Notes under the pieces: model-generated
The model's input: the letters and a program-made list of their open reading frames with translations, nothing else
Told to the model about the DNA's origin: nothing
Databases searched by the model: none
Position numbers and translations under genes: made by a program
Part shown: piece after piece, positions 12,425-53,528 of the stretch
How positions within the stretch are numbered: the first letter of the stretch is position 1
Layout: every line of letters begins with the position of its first letter
DNA from: Lingula anatina
Taxonomy: Eukaryota > Animalia > Brachiopoda
Reading direction: 5' to 3'
NCBI GenBank assembly: GCA_051362555.1
Contig: CM120641.1
Coordinates: 31,874,401-31,938,400 of the forward strand
DNA length: 64,000 nucleotides

Positions 12425-12975
12425 AAGATAAGAAATGTAATTGTAGAGCTCCTAGTAAGTGTCCTTTGAGAGGGGAATGCTTGTCTAGCAACAGTGTGTA
12501 CCAAGCATCAGTCACTACTAAGGACAAATGCATGAAATATATAGGGCTTTGTGGTGGGCAATTTAAGTTGAGATACAATAATCACACCAAGTCATTTAGA
12601 GACAAGAAATATGCTGCAGATACTGAGTTATCCAAATACATTTGGAAATTAACAGAAAATAAAACCCAGTATTACATTAGATGGGACATCATAAAGAAAT
12701 CAACGCCGCAAAGGAGGAATCAGCACCTATGCAATCTTTGCTTAGACGAAAAACTGTTGATAATGATAACACCAGATACTCTGAATAAAAGAACTGAGAT
12801 AATTACCATGTGTCGGCATAAAGTGACGTAACTAACACGGCGTGCGACGTAAGTGTCATCACGCTGTGTATGTAAAACGGCTAATATAACCATTTTCAAA
12901 TAAACCTCCTGACGATCGGGCATACCTTCTGGGTATGCCCGTGAAACTCGGAGTCGGGTTATTGCATGTCTTTTG
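12425..12975 (+). mobile_element. 3' fragment of a Penelope-like retroelement (GIY-YIG endonuclease plus 3' pLTR region)
   Basis: Open frame KKCNCRAPSKCPLRGECLSSNSVYQASVTT...KYIGLCGGQFKLRYNNHTKSFR...TELSKYIWKL...CNLCLDEKLLI...LNKRTEIITMCRHKVT-stop (12831). This is a PLE-type GIY-YIG with Cys/His motifs. The RT domain is absent (5' truncated). Confidence 0.9.
12902..12960 (+). ncRNA. Minimal type I hammerhead ribozyme
   Basis: Core CTGACGA (12909-12915); perfect 10-bp stem II CGGGCATACC/GGTATGCCCG; GAAA (12943-12946); near-palindromic stem III ACTC-G-GAGT; cleavage triplet GTC (C12955); short stem I AACCT/GGGTT. Confidence 0.85.
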
Positions 12976-13053
12976 TTTATTTATTTATTTATTCATTTTA
13001 ATTGTGTACAAATGCTCCGTACTGTTGAGCACTCTGTTCCACATTCACGCTTG

Positions 13054-13054
<1 letters not shown>

Positions 13055-13127
<73 letters not shown>

Positions 13128-13128
13128 G
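13055..13128. repeat. (TA)n(CA)n microsatellite
   Basis: Directly visible. It explains the YIYIYI ORFs. Confidence 0.98.
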
Positions 13129-13194
13129 TGTATGTCTCTGAAACTATATGTACACTTCTTGTTATCACTTAGTTTGTTGTCCACCACTTTTACA

Positions 13195-13410
13195 CCCCAT
13201 TTCCATAGATTAGATCGACCTACTTTGGATCGACCTAACTCCCTGGGGGTTCGCGCTGAATAGCTGTCAGCCGGGCGGACACGAAAGTTAATTAATTGCC
13301 CCTTACGGCTTGTAGTGGGCGGGGACGGACACTTAAAGGGGATTATCTGACGGTAGTCTGGTGAGACTCCCCGCGTTGATAGATCGATCTAAAGTTGTGG
13401 GAATAGACCC
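13195..13410. mobile_element. About 215-bp MITE (possibly PIF/Harbinger Tourist-like); diverged inverted copy at about 39258-39480
   Basis: Ends ATTTCCATAGATTAGATCGA and TCGATCTAAAGTTGTGGGAATAGACCC followed by TTA. Internal CCTAACT.CCTGGGGGTTC.CGCT.AA matches the reverse complement of 39405-39430. Confidence 0.7.
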
Positions 13411-13839
13411 TTAGACAGATTTCTTTTATGTTTCTACTTCTGAAATCTTCAGTATGTGTCTGTTCATCAGACAGTTTTGCTCCATTAGTGTTTTTTTTTT
13501 CACAACTTTTTGTATGAAATTATATATTTCTGCTTCTGTTATGTACAGTATATATCTACCCATCAGACAGCTTACTCCTTTCTGCGTTCATATTTTGATA
13601 TGGAATTCTTATGTGTCTGCTTCTGTTATCTACATGGAATTCGTGTGTCCATCTGACGGCTTTGCTCTGTTGACCCCCCTCCCCATAAGATGCCATGCAT
13701 CAAGACATGTATAGATTGTCTACTACTACAAAGCTTAATCTGAATCTGAATATGTGAGATTCTAGCGTCGCGCGGTCACTTCGAACTTCAACAGCCAAAT
13801 ACAAATTATATCGAATTTTTTTTCTATGTCAAGCCTCAT

Positions 13840-14075
13840 GTATTTCGATGTAAACAATAATAAGGAAGTAGATGTCGCATTGAATCGTTATGGGCGGAGC
13901 AAGAGTTACCGCGAATTCTTTTGAAGACCATTTCTGCAGTTTGATTGGTTTGTTCCCGGTAAAGCAGTGACGTCACACCACCTAAATCTCCTTACTGATG
14001 ATCATTGAGAGCCCATCTCGGGGTTGTTAGTGTAAACAATCCATCAAAATCGCTATCATCGGGAGTTTGAATACT
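13840..14075 (+). promoter_or_regulatory. SIN3 promoter and probable non-coding first exon
   Basis: GC box GGGCGG (about 13892), reverse CCAAT (ATTGG about 13944), full CRE palindrome GTGACGTCAC (about 13967-13976), Fox-type GTAAACA sites, donor GTAAGT at 14076, and a CpG-richer region extending into intron 1. Confidence 0.6.
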
Positions 14076-15161
14076 GTAAGTACGATTTTATATAATTTAT
14101 AAGGAAGTTTTTATTTATTTAAGAGGTTTTTCTGGTAGGTAGAAAGGATAGATGTTAAATCATTTCACTTTTTGTGCCATGGCGTATATTCCACAAGATT
14201 TGTCTTGACACCCCGATGGAGCTTGTGAGTTTGTTGTCTTTATGTATTGAAGACTGTGGAGCGATTTTCTTGTTACGTCACAGTTCGATATTTGACATTG
14301 CGAAAATTCGCGTGAAGCAGTCAATTTTTTCTAAATGGTTATGCTGTCGCTTGCCTTTGTGGAAAAATATATAAGGGAAATTTGCGGTTCAACGTGGACT
14401 CGTCCATGTCCAAATTTTTAAACATTAAGTGCTGGGACCTTGCTGTTTTCACTCTGAATGTAAACCACAGTGTAAACATATTGTGTGTTTAAATTATTAG
14501 AACAACGTGTATTTTACGAAAAAGTGCGTTCAGACGTCTGTTAAGATAACGTACAACTCTTGGTTTCGACCGAGACAAACGACCTTGACCGAGTCAAGAA
14601 CCATTAAAATTGTGCTGGTTTTTCTGTTCATATTTATCTTTTCGGAAAGTTATTTTTAGTGAAGATATAAATAATTGTGTCCCTGGCATCGCTTTTGATA
14701 CATGCGTGCCCTGAATTTAATTTTGAGAGTGTATCTCTTCTGGAATTTCTGTTTAACTTTACCGAGCTACTGCTAATATGGTCGAGTTTATCAAAAGGGG
14801 TATAAGCATCGTCGCCATATTGTATCGTTGACAAACAGACATTCCGCGGAACGTACTCTCTCGTTTTAATTAAATTGTCTGTATATTTTATGTGTAAGTA
14901 AAACAGTTTCATTGTTGTGCTTATAGAAATGGCGGTATATTTTAAGTGTTAGGTGTCGTGAGAAAAATCTTCGCACTAGCCGCGCTATCTGGAGCCATTT
15001 TGAAATGAAATTGACCCAATTTGTGAGGCCTGGTTGCGAAGGTTTAGATCGAAAACAAGTAATAAAGCTTAGACCTTGGTTTAGGTAGCTGTTCCTCGTT
15101 TCACTTCAGGTAAACGCAAGTAGACCCTTGACACAGAAGTTGTTGGTCCGCGGCTTCCAAA

Positions 15162-34223
<19,062 letters not shown>

Positions 34224-36799
34224 CACAAAGATAGCCATTGTTTTGATGTGCCAGTGATAGGAAAGACAGAGCTTGACATGGTATTGAGGGATAAAGCACA
34301 CTCAACAGACTGGTTGGTTTAGAAATGTTTTCATTCATTAACGTAAACCTTGGAACAAACTACCTGATAAAGATTCATTCAGAATGAAGGATTAGGTAAT
34401 TGTTAATTCCAATAGATAATTTGCTGATTCAGGTATCAATAAGATGATAGTGAATTTCTACCTACTTTTGGAGATGAGAATTCAAACAGGTTCAAGCCTT
34501 CAACTCTTTGTAACCTTTATGGCAATGCTAGCCTTTATCTGGCCTGAAATCAAAAATTGCTTTATTTATTAGGAAGGTGCATGTTTGTTGAAAGTGACTG
34601 ATATGCTTCTTTTTAACTCCTCAATATTTTCAAAGTTTTAAGTGTTCTCGACCAGATTGAATGCGACCAGAAAGCTGTTGAGACAGGGGTGATGTTAATT
34701 TTTTATTCTGTGAGGTCAGGGAACACTGTACAAAGAATGCTGGCACTTGTGGATAGGTCACTAGTGGTGTACATAGTAGAGGAAGGAATTGCAGTTTAAG
34801 TTGACTACCTTGCTTCATAAGATGTAAATAAAGGCAAGGAGGCACAGAAGCCTTTCAAAACCAATATGGTAAAATTGCAATAGATTATTATTATTATGGA
34901 TAATTCTCTGATCTAAGGCATACTTAAGTACAATGTTTTTACTTAGTGAGTGAGAGTTTCACCATCAAGTTGGTAATCTCATTGTTTTTGCAACATCATG
35001 TTCATACTGTATTTATGCCTGCTATTGTAAACTTGTTTTGTGTAAAGAATTTACATACTTTGCGAGATCACTCTCCAAGGTGCAAGGTCTGCCCTTTTTC
35101 TGGAGAGAGTAGAGGCATTTATTTTTATAGAGAAAAAAATCTCTCCAAAAGTGGTTGAGGCACCAGATTGTGGTCTTGTTAGTAAAATCTGATATAGCAT
35201 ATGCAAATAAATGTTACCAAACTTCATTAATTTAGTGGTTTCTTGGGGAGGCATGTGAGAGGCGGAGAGACCATAACAGAATTAAGCGGTCTTCCTTTCA
35301 TGTAGGTCCGCCATATTTACGTCGCAGCCTAGCTAGCACTTGGCTCTTCTCCATCTGGATGGGGCCTATGAATGTCTAGTGAAAAATAAATCTGTGGCCC
35401 TAGTAGAGGGTATACAGACATACAATAAGTACATAAAAAGTACAGACCAGTGAATGAAAACTCAATACAACATTTCCATTTTTTGTTCATGGAATGAAAG
35501 TCTGATGACATCATGAGGCATAAACAAACTGGAAAAAAAGTATTGCATCCAACTTGCAGGACAGCCATTAATGTGATACAACTGTATACTTGATATACTT
35601 CGTCCTACTGATTAAGCTCATGTGTAGCATTTAAATTGGTGGTGTTAAATAAGCTTCAGTTTTCATGTTGCATAGTATTGGGTAAATGACCAGTCCTCCC
35701 AAGTTCATTCTTGCACTTGATGTTGACTAAAATAATCATTTTTAGACCTAAAACAACTAACAATAACACCTACATGACATGAATTTATTGGTCAGTTCTG
35801 GCTATATCCAACCAAAGCAGTAGTATTACTAAGAATACTTTGTACAATAATGACAATGAGCATGATACCTTTTTACCATAATAAACTTAGAGCACCTGCC
35901 ATTCATAACTGTGTACACTATGTACCTGCACATAAAAATAATCCAATCAAGACGGTTTTCAAAAGTTCTGCCCTTTTTTACCGAGCAAAACCACACTTCA
36001 AGTCCAAAATAAAACAAAAATATGGTTTTGCATTTATGAGGAAATGTTTGTCAATATACATGCAAAAGAAAAAAATCAATATTCTTTGTAAGAATAATCC
36101 AAACATGCTGACTTTTAAAAGGAATCTTTTTTAACCAAACAATGCTACTCAGTAAATTTAAGAGTAAACCAAACATATGGTTTGCCAGTTACAGGGACTG
36201 ATGTTTCTGATGGAAACAGTATGGGTGATGACAAGGACAGACCAGTGATCAATATATACAGATACGCGTACATATAGTGGCTCTATTGAAAAATATATTT
36301 ATCATTCTTTTCAATCATAAAACAAAAAAGTTTACACTAGAGGGTGCAGATTAAACACGCTATTCAGTTAACAAATAATTTCTCAGCCCAGTTCTTTTTG
36401 TAATTTCTAATTCGTTTCAGTATTGGATTGCCACTTCAATAATTCAATGCCTCACAAGTTCCCTTCATCAAGCAATGAGATTCAATTCCACGTGTAGAGA
36501 TGCATGAACCACCAAGACACAGAGTCAGAGCTATTACTTATGAAAATGATATAACACTATTGCAAGAATACAGATAACTTAAATTTTATGTAATCTTTTC
36601 ACCTTCCTGCACTGTACTTTAACTGGGCATGTCGGTCCAAGGATAGTTAGTTAATATTCTTGCCAAATTTCTCCAAACCTTCTTAAATAGTTAACTTTAT
36701 TATTAAGGTATCCATATTTTATCTTCTGATAAGCAACACAAAACATCCTTTTTAGAGAAAAAAAATTAAAAATTACAAATTTTCTTTAGAAAAAAGGAA

Positions 36800-37320
36800 A
36801 AACAAGGAATATCTCCAAAAAAATAGGAACATGACACCCTATCAATAAAATATCAGTGTACACAGAGAAGAGGGACACACCATCAGAAATGCCCTCATGA
36901 GTTCTATAGACCCTCTGGAAAAAGGGGGAAAATGTGAGGTGATAAATGAAGGGAAGAGTGGGGGATGCCGTGAGGTGTACATTGGAGAAACAGGGAGATC
37001 CATAGTGGGAAGGGCAACTGAACACCAAAAAATCAACAAACAACAGGCACAGTAAATCATCACTGAGCCAACACAGGGACAAAAGATACCTAGTAAATAT
37101 ATTGTTGAAAAAAAAACAAAAAAAAAAAAAAAAAAAAAACAGATACTGAACCCAGAGAACAGAACCGAAAAGTCCTGGTGGTGATATATACAAAGATACA
37201 AAAATCTAGTTGAAGCAGAAACCATGGAGCCTCGTTCTCCGACCTCCATTCATCTACAGAAGTAATATAGAGGGAGGGAAGACAAACTGCACCCCTTGGT
37301 AGAGACCATTATAAAATCTG
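36800..37320 (+). pseudogene. Degenerate second Penelope-like GIY-YIG endonuclease relic
   Basis: The + frame reads HTIRNALMSSIDPLEKGGKCEVINEGKSGGCREVYIGETGRSIVGRATEHQK (CREV at 36966), then frameshifts in an A-run. It matches the PLE pattern NTLR...KDP...GVVY.I.C..C...YIGETGR....R..EH and is missing from the ORF track. Confidence 0.8.
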
Positions 37321-40300
37321 TAACTTCATTTCTTAAAGGCGTGGAGCAATACATTGAACCATTGGAGAGGTAATATTCCAATCTTTGGCTGATGTTAAAT
37401 GGACCTATCATGATAAATTTGCATTATCTTGTCTGTAAATATCTTCACAAATGATGAACATCTTCCATACTGCTAACTCCATGCTACCTTTCATTAGCTT
37501 TGAATTTTTTTATCTGCATCTTTGTCATTTTTTTAATTCTATTAATCAGATATGGATAGAACTGTCATCACCTTAAATAGAGAACCCTTCACATTAAAAA
37601 TTTGTCTGATGACACATTTAAAGAAAGAACAGTCATTTTTCCTTTTTATCTTTTATCCACTTAATCATTAATTATTAGATGTAATGTGATAATATTGAAC
37701 ACCATTGTTTCCAGTAACATTACTTCAATTACCTATAACAGGTAGTAAATACTGCATTCTGCTCTGCAAAATGTTTACTTAACCTTTGAATTGCATGGCA
37801 CTTAACAGATGGCTTTGCTGTAAATGCTTCCGTTTATACCCGTTCTGACTTAGGCTCACCCCATCTATGTCACAAACATAACAAGCAGTTTAAAAGTTGG
37901 GTGTATCATGGAAGTAAATGGGACAGAAATGTAACAGGCTGAGAGTGTACCTAATTTCATTAATTCTAATTTCACTGGTTCTAATGAATAGAGAGATAAT
38001 AACAAAAGGACCATGTGACTTACCAAAGGTACCTGGAATTTTTGAAACCCCTCTTTTTACAAAGAAAACAGTGATTTTGGCTTTTCCACGTAACCTAACC
38101 AAATCAAGGATGTAAAATGCAATGCTGTTTTGTCATATTAAAAAAATATAAAAAGTTAACTGGACTCTGTAAGATCAAATGCCACATGTCCGCATATGGT
38201 TTTCGGTCACATTTGTGGTTACTTCCTTTTGCACATTGTCTCCATCTTACGTGAGAGTAATAAAATAAGTTTTTTCAATCAAATGCACTTCACAAATCAG
38301 ATCACTGGTAAATGAGTGGATTCCAATTCCTTTTTCTTGCTTGTCACTGGATGTAGCCACCCAAAACTTTTGTGAATCACACAATATAGCCTGTGATTCA
38401 GTACATTTTTCATACATACTTCTGATTGTCCAAGGTGTGACAAGATAAGCAGTCTTGGCGTTTGCTGTCAATGGTAAAACAAAATGGGATAAACCACTTT
38501 TTTCCATCCCTATGCCTTACATATTACTGTTAAATTTTCCTTATCAAATATTTTATTTGCTCAGTGAAATGAGGCAATTTTCCCCTTGTGTAGCCTCTTA
38601 GCAAAACCCTGGCTCAGTGGTTGCAACACTGTGGTTTTTTAGAACACTGTGCTTAAAATGACACCTGATATGTTACATAAAAAACCTAAAATGTAGAGAC
38701 ACAATTGCAATAATAGTGCATGGCAATATAGGCTTTTCCTCCACATGATCCTTTTAGTTAGGAAAGTAAATATCAATATTATAAGCAATCAGAATAACCA
38801 GCCACATACAGCTGACATGAACAGACAATCTTTAACACTATAAATATATATGAGAGTGACCAATATGTAAATTTTTAGTCGTGATATCATATACCTAACT
38901 AGTACTAGAAATACAGAGCCAAAATAATTGATAGCATTATTGAAACAAGAAAAATAACCCAATCCAACTCAATATTAAGTAATACAACAGTGTACTTACC
39001 ACCAAGAATAAAGTAATTCTTCAATCAACAGTTAATATTGACAGCTTATTTTTCCTACACTTTTTCATAACATCTTTATCAAGGAATGAGGCTATCCAGG
39101 TGAATTCAGTGGATAGATTGAAGAGAAATTACATTATTCTTTTAACAGATGAAATTCTTCTCTGTAATTACCACCAATTTTTAAATATGCACTACTGTTA
39201 CTGTAGTTCTTTAGAAAATGACTAGAACAGGGTTTCAGGTCCATGGGAGTTCTAAGACCCCATTCCCATAGATTTTAGATCAATCTATCCCTGTGGAGAG
39301 TCTTACTAGATTACTGTCAGCTTAGCCGGCTTAATCGTCTGTCCCGCCTACTAAAAGATGTAAGGGGGTAATTAACTATTGTGCGCACTCGGCTGACTGC
39401 AATTTAGCGTGAACCCCCAGGTAGTTAGGTTGATCTAAGTCTAAATCTCTGGATCGATCTTAATCTCTGGGAATGCACCCTAAGTCACACCTTGAAAATG
39501 TCAGTGTTTGAAAAATGAGAAATTGACAAAATTATTTCACAATTTCAAGAAAACTAGAGGACCAGAGAGGCAATACTGCCTCCTGGGTATGTAACACCAA
39601 CATGATTAGGCACAGAAAAGGGACAAGTTTGCAATATTGGCATATAATGGCTGACACGTGTAAATGTACCAGTACCTCAGTTTACTATTAAACCATCAAG
39701 TGGGGGAGGGGGGGGGAGATCATCACATGGCAATACACGCCCAGTCACAATGGTGACTTTATGTCTAGACACAGTGTCTGTCCATAAAAATGGTGAATAC
39801 ATATCCTGTTATGGTCGTTTCAGTGTGTCCAAGTCTGGTAAATTTATGTTTAATTCTATTTTAGCATTAACTGCTTTGAAGCTGTCATAAACTATTTGTA
39901 TACAAGTTTATTTTGTAAAAGCCCATGCTAATACAGTGTCCAGCATCTGTCCCACTGAAGTTTCCAAAAACTGGAACTGATATATCAGAATATAATGTTG
40001 GGGGTACAATAGAAATATCTCAATTTACTTTATTTTATACATTTTCATGTAAGAGCTATTATTACAGTTCCTGTGTATGGCAGTGGTACGTTACAGTTAA
40101 CCTTCCAGTAACACTAGTACTGTAGTTCCTCACCGGTTGTCTGATCTTATGAAACCCAGACAAAAAATATATGTAAATAATTAAAAAATCCTGATCATCA
40201 TTTAAAAACATTTCGATAAAAAAGTTTTGATTACAAACTACAGGTCTTCTCTTTCTACTTGTTTTCTTTACATTCGCATTCTCTCAGTCTCTCTCGCTAT

Positions 40301-41221
40301 ATCACAATTATTTTAAAGTAACGGCTCCCTCTCCACGCTAGGCCTGGGCCAGGAGACAATACTGGGAGCACTGCAGCTCCTCACTACTGGCACATTAGTA
40401 CCCTGCAGTCCTTGCTGTCCTACACTTCTAAGAACGTGGTTCATAATGCACAATATTCACTGTAAACAACTCCAGCCTTGGCATGGTGTCTTATTCCTTC
40501 AAGTCAGTGATATCACTGGGGTAAAACTGAATCCTCTGGAATCTGGGGAATTCCCAAAATCATCATATGCAGGGATGTGATATGGCCATTTCTTGAGGAA
40601 TTTCTTGAAGAATAACATTCATGACCTTTGCCTCACACATGGTGGTGGTGATGGTACAAAACTTTTGTTTTGCGCTGTGTCCTCCTGTTGTAGCTTTTAC
40701 ATTATTTTCTACCTACTACTACTTCACTACTTGTTCTCTCATTCTGAGACCCATTAATTGATGTATATCCATCTTTAAACAGTTTCCACTCAAGACCTAT
40801 CTAGTTTCGCCAAGCACTGATATTCTGAAACCTGGATCATTCGCTACTGCTTTGACTCAAGTTGCTCCCTTGTATTCTGATTTGTGAAGCACACAAGAGA
40901 CACAAGAATCTTCATGTACCATGCTGTTAGTCTTCTTTTTTCCTAAAAGACTTTTTTATATACATATATATAGTATATATAGCCATTCAGAGTTTTTTTA
41001 TATTGTATGGATGAAGGTCTGACAGCTCTACATGGTACATTTTTTCCATCTGATAATAAGAACAGCGTAGAGTAGCAAAATATGTTCCAATCAAATGCTG
41101 GCTAATTTTCCATATTCTATTATACTGCAACATGGACAACGTGCTCTGCAGCTACACGATAATGCTCTTTTCTACTGTACTGGATTACAGTCGAGTACTG
41201 CTGTGCATATATAAAGCTGTA

Positions 41222-41398
41222 CAAGGTCACAGTAAATTTTTGCTCAAGGTCACAGTGAAAACTGCAAGAGGTCACAGGATCTCCAGATAAAATTGGTTCT
41301 GTATGAGGTCACAGTAAATTGACATGAGGTCACAATGATTATGTATGAGGTCACAGTGCATCTATATAAGGTCGTGGTGGAATCGGTGCAAGGTCACC
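41222..41398. repeat. Degenerate ~21-bp periodic array of AGGTCAC(AGT)
   Basis: About eight AGGTC(AC) cores at roughly 21-bp spacing, starting ~190 bp downstream of the Smad2/3 stop codon. Confidence 0.8.
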
Positions 41399-41589
41399 AT
41401 TTGAATGCATACATGCTTTGGTACTTCAGAGTCGAGGTGTCTTTGACAAAAAAAAATTGTTCACACTCTTCCTTCATTCCTAAGTTCAGAGCATTTGTGC
41501 AGTCTCCTATTTACTAGGTCTTTGACCTTTGGTCTATGAACCTTGCCGTGCTGTTTCCAGTCTTTTCCAGCCTACTGTTTTGCACCATT

Positions 41590-51428
<9,839 letters not shown>

Positions 51429-53183
51429 ATTGTCTTCAAGAACCCAACGGCATGGACTCTAAGTCTTCTCAAAAACTGTCAACCATCGGCAGGTTTGCGA
51501 TCGACTGTCGTTTGATCGTATTATTTAATCCGAGTTCCGACATTCACTTGCAAAACATGGACGACAAGACCGCATTACTCTATTCCTGTGAATGTTCCAA
51601 AACGTCGCGATATAACACCGCATTTGTCTGTTAGTAATTAGACTATCACATGGTTGATGTGCATAAAATAGATGATTTTATTTTAATGGCAATAATTGAT
51701 ATGAGTGTATAATGTTGATACATGACATTCAAGGGTAAATGATGTTTGCTTGCATGCGTAAAATTCCAGTGTATTCCTACGCCAGCAGGTATCCGTGATC
51801 ATTTGTATCGTTAGGTATGCGGATATACGTGCAACCTCCTTGCAGCTATCTTAAATGCTGATGTTAGTATTGAGAGGTTTTTCTTTATTTTTTATTTTCT
51901 TTTTAAAAGGCATGACTTTATCTGAATATTATTTTAGGCCTGCCAATAGTTGTCGCTGAGTAGGCCTACATCGCAACCCATATGTGAACTTTAAAACACA
52001 GGGTGACTGATGTCACGATGCCATGCATAGTTTATATCAGCCCGCCTGCGAACATTAATTTATTTTATTTGATATGTCGTTTTTACTGCAGTGATCAGCA
52101 GGTCTGCCTAAAATGCGCAATAAAACCTTACTATAAACAAGGCTTGCTGGTTTGCAAAGTTGTATTGTTGTAAAATTTTCTTGATTTGTCTAGCTTTGCT
52201 TTTAAAACGTAGGCTAAGTAAGGCATCAGCATCATACACTTTGCATAGAATTCAGCCTAAGTAAATATTTTGAAATTTCTTTGATGTAAAACTGTCTCGT
52301 AGCCATATCGTCAGAGAATAGCTCTACAATCTCCTCAGTATTCTCCTTTACACTGTCAGCAGTCCTTAATCAGTTCAAATTATTTCAAATCTTTTTTTTT
52401 TTCTAACCTGAATATAGGCCATAACGTGCTGGTGGAATGTCCTTTTTTAATCTTTTCATTTCATTTTCTCATGTTTCATCATTGGTGTATTAAAATACAA
52501 AGTTTGTATGTAATAATGCACCTTTTTTATGTAAACTTATAAATGACAGTAAATCGCATTCAAAAATCATTGAAAATTTCTTGAATTAGAGCCTCAGAAG
52601 TTCTTGAATTTGTTTTTATGTTGCTGTATGAACCCTGACAAGATTTGCTCAGTCGTCGAGCAGTATTCATGAATGTCTCCATCATTATATGTAGTTATTT
52701 GAGCATTCATATTTTCATGAATGAAAACTGTATGATATAATACTTAAAGAATTCACTCTCTTAAAGACTTTATTTCTTTACCAGAAATTAAAAAAACAGG
52801 CCAACTACATGTCAGAGAAGTGTCACGGGGTAACATAACGTTTAAAATGAAAATTTTAAATTAGAAAACCCATCTTCGATATACCGTGTACTATCTGACC
52901 CTATGCACTGTATCGTGCACCGGATGATCGTCTTTGCATTTAACTTGTGAAGTCGTTTCATTTTTGAGGCGTGACAATTAGTTATGGAAATTTGGACATT
53001 GACACCTAAGCAAAAACGATGACCTGCCTCCTGCATCACATTATACATAATAAGGTAAAGATATTAGCTGCATGTCGTAAATGATCTGTATAACCAATCT
53101 CATGTAATCCAGAATTTAGGTTTGATGATTTCACGTACGTATTGCCCATGCAATCAGCATTGTTCAATAAGTAAGATAGTTAA

Positions 53184-53528
53184 AGGGATAAAAACTCTTT
53201 GTATGAGATCTATATTTCACAATAAAAAACATTGTGAACAACTCATAGAAATATAACATATTCTGTTTTACCACATAAACGGCAGTTATAGCTATTATTC
53301 TGATATCTGAGCTTGTCTTTAGACCACGTGACTTCCATTGATGGCTATACTCTGTTAAAATCTCTTAAGAGATTTTATCAAAAAAACCAAACTTTTTAGA
53401 AAAAAACCAGGGACTAACTTTGAATGTAAAAATGGATTCATTAACCATTGGTAGGCCTAAGTATGGGAAAATTCTTGTTTACTCCAGGAAAATTCATTTT
53501 TTGGCCGAAACAAAGAGTTATTATTCCT
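53184..53528. mobile_element. TTAA-flanked MITE, copy 2 (inverted relative to 15367-15704)
   Basis: TTAA|AGGGATAAAAACTCTTTGT ... ACAAAGAGTTATTATTCCT|TTAA. The body aligns end to end with copy 1. Confidence 0.9.

Noticed and set aside
12822-12900. Possible SECIS element in the Penelope 3' region (some invertebrate PLEs encode selenocysteine)
   Set aside because: The visible ORF has no in-frame TGA, and there is no convincing RUGA/GA quartet with a proper upper stem and AA loop.
12935-13263. ORFs with YIYIYI repeats
   Set aside because: Translations of the (TA)n microsatellite.
36786-37249. Two 135-aa minus-strand ORFs
   Set aside because: Poly-Phe from an A-run, and antisense to the Penelope relic; no homology recognised.
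37600-37640. CTGATGA...GAAA...GTC downstream of the second Penelope relic, resembling a hammerhead core
   Set aside because: Stems II and III do not pair. It is a chance match or too degenerate to call.
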